A DNA stretch of 18,560 nucleotides from Azolla caroliniana. Lineage: Eukaryota; Plantae; Polypodiophyta. Below are positions 10,761 through 18,560 of the stretch, one piece after another. Location of the stretch: assembly GCA_043228905.1 (NCBI GenBank), contig JBHGNT010000642.1, positions 1 to 18,560 on the forward strand, written 5' to 3'. Made by a program: the position numbers and the translations under genes. The notes beneath the pieces are model-generated. The model was not told where the DNA came from. It saw only the letters and a program-made list of their open reading frames with translations, and searched no databases. Within the stretch, counting starts at the first letter, position 1, and the number at the start of each line of letters is the position of its first letter.

Positions 10761-12276
10761 CTGATGATGCGACAACAAAATCTCATTAGTAGTCCAGAAT
10801 TGAAATAGGACTCATTGTATTGCATAACAGAATTGAATTAGGGCTCCAGAGTAATGTAATAACATTAAAGATGATGATCTCATTAGTCATTTGATTTGGG
10901 GTGATTGTATTGCATCACAGTATTGAATTAGGAATCCAGAGTAATATAATTACCCAGTGTGAGTGGGTTCGAACCGGACCATGGCCAGATTTCACTGCAT
11001 ACTCATTGAAGAATTGCGGCACCGAGATGCCCATGAATACCGAAAACCCCAGTATAAAATTGCTTCTCGAGTCATTCATGTTCACAAATTGAAGGAATGA
11101 GAAGCCACATCCCACTAAAAGATAAAACAGAACACAAGAATTTAACATTTGATATTACAAATCATGATTCGAGATCAATTTATGTCATTGACAGCTGGCA
11201 TAATGAGGGAATTGTACCTATCTTGCTGAAAAGGATGCAGAAAATGGCCGCAACGATTGGTTGAGGCACAGCAGCAAAAATGGCACCAAATTTACCTGGC
11301 ATATCAATATAGAGAGGATTAGTAATGCTAAGCAATCAGATGGCAATCAATAATGATCATTTATAGGAAAGATTAGCGATTAACAAGAAAATAAGTGGTT
11401 GCAATTCAGCATCATTAGCATCTGAAATAAGTTATGGCATTAGTCACTCTATTAACAAAACCTACAACATAGAAATGTACCAAATAAAGAGAAGAAAATC
11501 ATGAACCCGGCAGCGATTTGAGTCACACGACGACTTCCTACACGAGTTAGACCAAGAAGCCCAGCATTTTCTCTGTTAAAAACAAAAGAGAACGTTCTTT
11601 AATGAGAACAAGGTATCTCCCAAAAAAGGAAAAAACAAACAAAGCATAGAAACAGAACAGAGTCTACTCTATCATTGATTTCATTATGGGAGAGCATGGG
11701 AAAGGAAACAGAGTGTGTCTTGATTTTTATTGTGCATGTGAAAGTAGCTTCCAAGGATAATCCTTCACAGGAAAAAAAGGCAGGAGATCCATCTGAAGCT
11801 TAAAATGGCCAAAAGGGGGAATCAATCAATCCTCTTAAATGTTCTTAAAGAGGAACAAAACAAAACCAAAAAGAGGTTCCCAAATGAGGTAAGTAATCTA
11901 ATGATCTGATAGCAAAGAGAATTGAAAGGCAAATAAGAAGAAGAAGAAGAAGAGAAAGGCTTACACTGAGACTGTGGAGCCAGTGAGGGTCCCAAGCACT
12001 CCATCGATAAGAAGCCCAATCCCCTGCATGTGTCCAAGCCAACCAAATCCAAAGAGTTACCAAAAACTGAAGTAAAAAAAAAACAAACAATCTGAAACTA
12101 AAAAAGTTACCAAAAATCTGAAAAATCCAAAAAGAAGAGAAACAAAAAAGCTAAAAGCGATGAAAAACAAAAAGAGAAACCCAAATTTGTGGAGTTGGTG
12201 GGGCTAGGACAAAACACAAAAAAGTAACTTGGTTGGGGCTAGGAAAAAAGCACAAAAAGCTATCCAAAAAATGTCT

Positions 12277-12334
<58 letters not shown>

Positions 12335-13904
12335 TTCCTGCTCCTTGTAAGTTTAATATGTCCTGCTTCTTGTTCTTCTCTCACCTGCCATCCTGTTCCT
12401 CTGCTCAACACAAATGGTGGAGGTGGGGTTGCGCTTGAGAATCTTGCTACTGCATAATAACCTCCGGTTGACTACAATCATGAAGACAACAAATGAATTG
12501 TTTAACCATTAGGGTTTGATTGATTGGACTGGTTCCTTCTTCTACCATAAGATATAGTTAGCTTTAGTATTGAAATTCTAATAGTTTCAACATATAGAAG
12601 CATTGTATAGATAATCTTGTTACGTATATGAAGCATTTTAATTAAATCTCTTTTATATGTATACCTCAATCATGGAGACAATCACAGATGACATCATTCC
12701 AAACACATGAGAAGAATCAAAGGTTGGGGCTCCCCACTGCAATGGGAAAGGAATTCTAAGCCTGGCAAAAAAACAATGTTCATTAGATTTACATGCTTAT
12801 CACATTATAAGTACATTCCATTTAATTAAAACGTAAATCCCATCCCGCATTGGGATTATTATCACATTATAAGTACATTCCATTTGAATAAAACGTAAAT
12901 CCCATCCAGAACTGGGATTATTGTAAGGATTACCATGGAGCAGATTCCACTAATCCTGACTGATCAGTTCGGCAATGAAGTTGGGTTAGGGTTGGGGATC
13001 GGCGATAAGCACCGCTAACCGTTATGAGATGTGCATATGCCCAGATCACCGGAACCGCCAACAAGATGCAATATCTCTCAAACATGTTTAATTTCCCTCC
13101 TTTATTCTTCAAGTACTGGTTTTAGAGAAAATCACACATAACAAGGAGGAATCATTACATGAATTTGAGATTAGAAATAAACAGATCTTCGTCAAGGATT
13201 CCTTCTGCTTGTAATATGTATTGCCCTTTATCTGGATGTCTCACCTGTGATAATACAAGTAGCACTAGTAGCTGTGGGATCCCTATCTCCACGCACTTTG
13301 CAACCTGTCTCCACATACGCCATAGGTCAGATCTTCAATTAAAAACTGGTTAATTTGAGCAACAGTATAGCAAAACTAGTTCCAAAACAGCTGAGATTCT
13401 CATGCTACATCTACCAATATCGGATTAGATATAAAACTGAATTTAGTGTAAAAAACCATACCCCTGGAAACCCCAGATCATAAAGGCCTAACCCCAGCAA
13501 TCCAACCAATGGAGCAGCTGATAGAGGGCTCAGAAACCTACGATCCATTATAGAAATCAAATTATTATTGATAGATTCTTACTTCTTGAATGAGAAAGCA
13601 AGTGTTGTTCACCATCATTAGTCTCATATATCATTGACGGAATAATTTGAAGTAACCATGATAAATACCTTATCAAGATTCCCCATAGCCCACTGAACCC
13701 AAGAATAATCTGAATGCTTGAAGACCCAATAAGTGCCCCTTGGATAGCTCTCATTGTATGCAAAAACCTCTGTTTATTTTTTATTTCATAATTTAGAAAG
13801 AAAAAATAAATAAAAGATCTTCCGAATAAGATATAAATATTGCATCTTTACAAGCACAAAATGCAGAAAACAGAAGACGATAAGATTAACAAAAACAAAC
13901 ACAA

Positions 13905-13977
<73 letters not shown>

Positions 13978-14276
13978 ATATATGATGTAAATCATTTAAA
14001 ATGTAGGGCATGTCATGATGGAATGATGAACGAATGACTGAATGCTGATTCATCGACATACAATGCGCTCATCTTGGATGGCCTGGAGCTTGTCAGAGTA
14101 GATGATGGAGAGGATGGGGACGATGAAGGCATAGGAGCCACCCACAACAGCAGGGAGGCATGTCCCGAAGAGGGACTGGAACAGAGTGTTGACTCCAGCT
14201 GCAAAGAGTAACGTCTGGAACACCCTCACCTTCTCATCCTGCACAGATGAATGAGCACACAGATGATTAATGGCTC

Positions 14277-14320
<44 letters not shown>

Positions 14321-15676
14321 TAGCCAAAAAACCTGCCAAATGATGTGCAAACGCAAAAATGGCTGCTATGGAATCATCACTATATATGGCAGGATTTGGG
14401 TATTCATTAGTGCTAATGTATGGCAATAGATTGATAGATCGATAAGTATATACAGACGAAATCAGAAGCAGTAAAAGAGGGCCTTTTTATACTCACATTT
14501 CCCCCTCCCATGGCAGGAACTAGCAGTGTGGGGATGAGCACAGAGGTTCCCAACACAACAAAGTAGTGCTGAAATCCCAACAGGATTGCTTGAGCTGCAG
14601 AAGACAAACAAGCAAACATAGGAATGGCAAAATTAGAATCAAAATTATACAATGCAAAAAAAGCTGTTGTTTTCAAGATGCAGAACAAGAAACAGAGACA
14701 TACAGAGAATAATAAGAGCGTACGCAACAGAGATGAGCTAGTTCTGGAGGCCATTACACTTCATCATAGAGCAAGAACAGATTTGAACAGGACAGTGACT
14801 GGATAATTACTGCTAATGACAGAGTAAAACTACAGAGATACATTGCATATGCTCAGATAGGGAAAACATAGCACAGACCAAATGGTTAAGTTTTAGGTTG
14901 ATTAAGATCGGCATAACAGAGTTTTTTATTTTAAATCTCCTCCTGATAACAAACAGGAGGCAATTTAGTCAGTAGTCACAGAGCACAGACTGGCGGAGCG
15001 GAACATGGTTTACATTTTTACATGTACTAGAGACAACAAGCTCCAGGGTTTAGGGTTTGCATACATGTATATGTACTAGGGTTTAGGGTTTGTATACATG
15101 TATATGTACTAGGGTTTAGGGTTTGTATACATGTACATGTACTAGGGTTTAGGGTTTGCATGTACATGTATTTGGGTTTTAACTTTAGGGTTTACATCTA
15201 AAAGGAAGGAGGGGAAGAAAAAGAGAGAAACGACATGTACTAGGGTTTAGGGTTGACTTGAGCATGGGCTTGTTTGTTAGCTGCATAGAAGCCAAGAGAT
15301 CACATTCTAGAATGTTCGAAACAGAGAACAATTTTTCAATATTAAGAGAGAATAGAGCGATTCGATATGTACAGAGCTAACGGGGGGGGTTGGGAATGTA
15401 GCATGTGTTAGCAATGGGGCCAAAATTACAAAGGAAAAAACAGAGAGAAATCATACACAGACATGGAGATGCAGCAAACAGAGTAGAGCAGAAATAAATA
15501 CAAAAATACAAATACAAAAGGAAGGGAGAGAGAGAGAGAAGAAGAAGAAGAAGAGTGTAAAAAGAAATGATACCCCATGGTGGAGGGCTAGCAATGCAGA
15601 AGTCGACATTGGGCAGCTGCTCTTGTGGCTTCAGATGGCTGTGGTCGTCCCCTCCTTTCTGGTTCTGGTTTGTCAT
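10548..15676 (-). CDS. NAT: Nucleobase-ascorbate transporter (NAT/NCS2, xanthine/uracil permease family), 14 coding exons, 527 aa
   Basis: Manual splicing: join(15574-15676,14497-14594,14062-14238,13669-13769,13462-13537,13245-13304,12934-13115,12665-12761,12385-12471,11965-12023,11481-11572,11218-11295,10954-11114,10548-10760) gives 1584 nt in one open frame with all introns GT..AG. It contains SPPPW, the TM1 GFQHY motif, IE-STG, the NAT signature ENAGLLGLTRVGSRRV and the plant C-terminus EEFYSLPYNLNKFFP. The exact orthologue number cannot be assigned by eye. Confidence 0.97.
10814..10950. repeat. 47-bp direct duplication in NAT intron 13 (10814-10860, 10904-10950)
   Basis: ATTGTATTGCAT.ACAG.ATTGAATTAGG..TCCAGAGTAAT.TAAT twice, 5 mismatches. 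Confidence 0.9.
10954..11114 (-). CDS. NAT exon 13 (VGCGFSFLQF...GPVRTHSHW)
   Basis: TTTAG| acceptor, TGG|GTAAT donor; 161 nt. Confidence 0.95.
11218..11295 (-). CDS. NAT exon 12 (GKFGAIFAAVPQPIVAAIFCILFSKI)
   Basis: CCAG| acceptor, AG|GTACA donor; 78 nt. Confidence 0.93.
   Translation of the reverse strand, partial: VNLVPFLLLCLNQSLRPFSASFSAR
11481..11572 (-). CDS. NAT exon 11 (ENAGLLGLTRVGSRRVTQ..., NAT signature)
   Basis: ACAG| acceptor, G|GTACA donor; 92 nt. Confidence 0.95.
11965..12023 (-). CDS. NAT exon 10 (GIGLLIDGVLGTLTGSTVSV)
   Basis: GCAG| acceptor, |GTAAG donor; 59 nt. Confidence 0.95.
12284..12331. repeat. (CT)n microsatellite, NAT intron 9
   Basis: Direct reading. Confidence 0.95.
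12385..12471 (-). CDS. NAT exon 9 (STGGYYAVARFSSATPPPPFVLSRGTGWQ)
   Basis: GTAG| acceptor, CAG|GTGAG donor; 87 nt. Confidence 0.95.
12665..12761 (-). CDS. NAT exon 8 (LRIPFPLQWGAPTFD...VSMIE)
   Basis: CCAG| acceptor, GAG|GTAT donor; 97 nt. Confidence 0.95.
12797..12920. repeat. 62-bp tandem duplication in NAT intron 7
   Basis: Units 12797-12858 and 12859-12920, 5 mismatches. Confidence 0.93.
12934..13115 (-). CDS. NAT exon 7 (YLKNKGG...CRTDQSGLVESAPW)
   Basis: CCAG| acceptor, TG|GTAAT donor; 182 nt. Confidence 0.95.
13245..13304 (-). CDS. NAT exon 6 (VAKCVEIGIPQLLVLLVLSQ)
   Basis: ACAG| acceptor, CAG|GTGAG donor; 60 nt. Confidence 0.95.
13462..13537 (-). CDS. NAT exon 5 (FLSPLSAAPLVG...GFPG)
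   Basis: GTAG| acceptor, |GTATGG donor; 76 nt. Confidence 0.95.
13669..13769 (-). CDS. NAT exon 4 (RFLHTMRAIQGALI...LWGILIR)
   Basis: ACAG| acceptor, AG|GTATT donor; 101 nt. Confidence 0.95.
13905..13976. repeat. (GAT)n microsatellite, NAT intron 3
   Basis: ~24 units; source of the poly-His and poly-Met ORF artefacts. Confidence 0.97.
14062..14238 (-). CDS. NAT exon 3 (DEKVRVFQTLLF...QDERI)
   Basis: TGCAG| acceptor, |GTATGT donor; 177 nt. Confidence 0.95.
14281..14318. repeat. (TA)n microsatellite, NAT intron 2
   Basis: Direct reading. Confidence 0.97.
14497..14594 (-). CDS. NAT exon 2 (AQAILLGFQHYF...MGGGN)
   Basis: CTGCAG| acceptor, |GTGAGT donor; 98 nt; QH motif. Confidence 0.95.
15045..15254. 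repeat. 33-bp minisatellite built from plant telomere repeats (AGGGTTT)2 plus a TACATGTA palindrome, NAT intron 1
   Basis: AGGGTTTAGGGTTT starts at 15045, 15078, 15111 and 15144 (period 33); degenerate copies at ~15172-15193 and 15234-15254. Confidence 0.93.
15574..15676 (-). CDS. NAT exon 1 (MTNQNQKGG...FCIASPPPW)
   Basis: ATG at 15676; donor G|GTATC after 15574; 103 nt. Confidence 0.9.
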
Positions 15677-15682
15677 GCCTTC

Positions 15683-15979
15683 AGAAGCAGAAGCAGAAGA
15701 AGAAGAAGCTGTGAGTGAAGAAGAAGAAGAAGAAGAAGAAGAAGCTCACACAGGAATAGCCACCCCCAAAAGGAAACAGGAAGGAAGGGAAGGAAGAAAG
15801 AAAGAAAGAAAGAAAGAAGACTATGGATGGATGGATGGATGGATGGATGGATGGATGGTTGATGGTTATGAAACAGAGGGAGAGGAGACTATGTATGTGT
15901 TGTGTTGTGTTGTGTGTCTGAGAAGGAGGGAGAGAGAGAAAGAGTGAGAAAGAGAGAGGTGTTTTTGGTGTTTTTGAGT

Positions 15980-16012
<33 letters not shown>

Positions 16013-16222
16013 TGTGTGTGTGTGTGTGGACACTAAAACTGAAGGAAGGAAGGAAGGGGAGAAGGTGGAGGGGAGGAAGAGGCCCAAAACCCCAAAACAA
16101 AAAATATGCACACACCTAAGATAAAACAACAAGACAAAAATGAAAAATGGGTTTACTATGTTATTATATGTAGATATAGATAGATAGATAGATAGTTAGA
16201 GAGAGAGAGAGAGAGAGAGAGA
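15683..16222. repeat. Microsatellite mosaic in the presumed NAT 5' UTR: (GAA)n, (GAAA)n, (GGAT)n, (GA)n, (GT)n, (GATA)n
   Basis: Direct reading immediately upstream of the ATG. Confidence 0.9.
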
Positions 16223-16238
16223 AACAGGGAGGGGGGTG

Positions 16239-16255
16239 GATTTATATTTATATTC
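16239..16255 (-). promoter_or_regulatory. Candidate TATA box (tandem TATAAAT) for the NAT gene
   Basis: Minus strand GAATATAAATATAAATC followed by a pyrimidine patch and (CT)n, about 570 nt upstream of the ATG; motif only. Confidence 0.3.
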
Positions 16256-16591
16256 TACCTATTTTGATGTGTGTCAATGTTGGCTAAAAATGAGATACAT
16301 ACATATATAATGTGTTTTTTGTGTGTGAGTCCCCACACTGGCTATATGCATACATACATACATACATACATATGCAAGTATGTATACAGTATGTATACAG
16401 TATGTATGTATGTATATATGTAAGTGAATGTGTATGTGTCTCTGTCTGTCTGTGTCGGTGTGTCTGTAATATGTATGTATGTGTAGAGCAACAAACAGCC
16501 AATTTAGCTCCACATACCTCTCCCTATACGTCTCTTTACTATTGTGTTAATAGTAGTAGAACTTAGAAGAAGAGTGCTTTGAACTATCTAT

Positions 16592-16631
<40 letters not shown>

Positions 16632-17052
16632 ACGTAGATAGAGAGACAGAGAGAGATGTACACACACACACACACACATATAAATATAATATATGCGGGG
16701 GTATATGCTCTGTGTGTGTGCGCGCGCGCTCGCATTTAAATTAATTATTTTCTTCTTAATTTGTTATCTTTACATATTCCCTTTTTTTTCTTCTTCATCA
16801 TTTTTTTGTTTTTTGGGGGGCTGGCTTTTCTATCTGTTGTTGTTGTTTCTGTTGTTGTTGTTGTTGTGTTTTAGTTGGTTGGGGTTGGTTATTTGAAGGG
16901 AGGGCGATTGTTATTTGAATTCGTTGTTGCTTCCTTCTTCTTCTTTCTTCTTCTTCTTCCTTTGGAATTCCCTACTACTATTTTTATTAAGAAGGAAACT
17001 CTCTCTCTCTCTCTCTCTCTGTCAAACGCCTTTATTTTTGGCCGCCCAAGTA

Positions 17053-17084
<32 letters not shown>

Positions 17085-17160
17085 GGATAGTAAATTCGTT
17101 ATGGGGAGAGGGGGAGGTTAATTTTGACCTCCTCCATCCCAACCCCCAAATTTAGTTATA

Positions 17161-17224
17161 GTCTTGGTCTTGGTCTTGGTCTTGGTCTTGGTCTTGGTCT
17201 TCGTCTTGGTCTTGGTCTTGGTCT
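17161..17224. repeat. (GGTCTT)n hexanucleotide repeat, ~10 units
   Basis: Direct reading, one mismatch. Confidence 0.95.
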
Positions 17225-17395
17225 CCTCCTACACCACCACCATTTCTTCTCTCCCCCAGAACCCAACCCCATCATTTCTCTTTGTATTTTACTCACTCAT
17301 TCATTATAATCATCTTCTTCTTCTTCTTCTTCTTCTTCTTCTGCTTTTTTGGAGGGGCTTTTGGTATTTGACCATACCCTCACCAGTGAGAGTGT

Positions 17396-17433
17396 TGGGG
17401 TGGGGTGGGGTGGGGTGGGGTGGGGGGAGGGGG
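17396..17433 (+). repeat. (TGGGG)n tract, G-quadruplex-competent
   Basis: Seven runs of 4 or more G separated by single bases. Confidence 0.9.
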
Positions 17434-18560
17434 CTGGATTAAGGCTCTTAAATTTAATTGGTTCATTAGTTCCACTCATCCATCAAAAGCTCTCCAAGTA
17501 TTTTAAAACTAAGCAGGCTATTTTATTTTTCAAAATCCTCCACCTCTTCCTCAACTTCGAGGAGAGAGAGACACAACAGACACACAGAGAGGAGAGAGAG
17601 TGAGAGTGAGAGTGAGAGTGAAGAGATTCCCTCCAACGGATAGAACTCCTTTTTCTTTTTTTCCTTTTTTCTTTTTCTCTCTTTTTTTTAAATAAAAAGG
17701 AGGGGGGGGGGGGGGGGGGACAGGAGAGGCTTACTTTTTGGGGGTCCAACTATTATTTCTCTTTATCATTATTATTTTGGGGGGGAGAGGGTTTAGACAA
17801 ATTAGGAGGAACTATTTTGTCCCAATTCCCTATTTATTATTTATTCTCTCTGCTACTTAATTAATTATAGTAGTATGTAGTAATAGTAGTAGTAGTAGTA
17901 ATAGTAGCCCCACACATAGATGCTAGCTAGTAGTGCCCATATAACACCAACACTTTCGTTTGTAATGCCCTGCTTTCCACGCAATAAGTCTTGTTGTTTA
18001 GTGTCGTGGGAACCTTCGAGTGTGCGCTCATTCCTAAGAGATACTACCAGCTTGTCCCCCAAGTGGTTAAACCACAGTAAAGAATATTAAATGAAGGCCA
18101 ATTTGCAAGTATAGACCTCATGTTTGGAGTCGTTTTCCCTGAAAGAAAAGGGTACCACCTTAATTTTGAGGAAGAAATTTCAATACTCCACAAAGACACA
18201 CCCTCATCGAGAAAGTGAAAGTAAAAGGCCATTGCTTTCAATCCCCCATTGTGCACCTCTTGCTAGCTAATAATGTTTACAAGGTTAGCGCGCATCCTTG
18301 TATCGTGTTCTCGGCTTTTAATTGCCATAAGTTATATCGGATTGAGTTTTTACATTGATATTCACGCTCGTATTCACACCAATCATCATGTTCCTCTTCG
18401 TAATGCGATCGTAGTTTATTGACGTGTAATACGTGTCCTTTTCATGATTAAAGCATGTCACTAATTATTGATGTGGATATTGGATGAAGAATGCATACTT
18501 GATGAATTCCAGTCAGCAGCTTTGTCAACATTAACAATTGACCTTCCCTCCCATAATCTT

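Noticed and set aside
12051-12261. Short A-rich duplications in intron 9 (GTTACCAAAAA; GGGGCTAGGA)
   Set aside because: Ordinary slippage-type duplications with no further structure.
13786-14037. Poly-His and poly-Met ORFs
   Set aside because: Translations of an intronic (GAT)n microsatellite.
14158-14160. U-to-C RNA editing restoring Arg in GTRLP
   Set aside because: Plant U-to-C editing is established for organellar transcripts; this is a spliced nuclear gene and nothing in the sequence supports it.
14933-14966. CCTCCTG-N8-CAGGAGG hairpin as terminator or miRNA
   Set aside because: A 7-bp stem is expected by chance and is far too short for a plant pre-miRNA.
15045-15170. CRISPR-like regularly spaced repeats
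   Set aside because: The spacers are near-identical, the repeats are plant telomere motifs, the context is a eukaryotic intron and there are no cas genes; it is a minisatellite.
15567-17749. Many short ORFs upstream of the NAT gene (poly-E, SLSL, LGLG, poly-L)
   Set aside because: All derive from simple repeats; no domain or exon structure.

Overview
Land-plant nuclear DNA, probably a non-seed plant such as a fern (inference from compact introns, very high microsatellite density and a Sola1/DUF7869-type transposase relic). The one intact gene is a 14-exon nucleobase-ascorbate transporter (NAT/NCS2 family) on the minus strand (ATG 15676, stop 10548). All 13 introns are GT-AG and the spliced CDS is 1584 nt (527 aa). 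The left 5.7 kb is nested, decayed transposon sequence: a retrotransposon-like acidic ORF with a possible PPT/LTR junction, a broken DDE-type transposase, and an L1-type LINE fragment split by a 474-bp Copia-like solo LTR with a perfect 5-bp TSD. Other notable signals are a 33-bp telomere-repeat (telo-box) minisatellite in NAT intron 1, two unusual NAT substitutions, and small intronic duplications. I see no convincing new multi-gene system, CRISPR array or RNA gene. Most other ORF-track entries are microsatellite or antisense artefacts.
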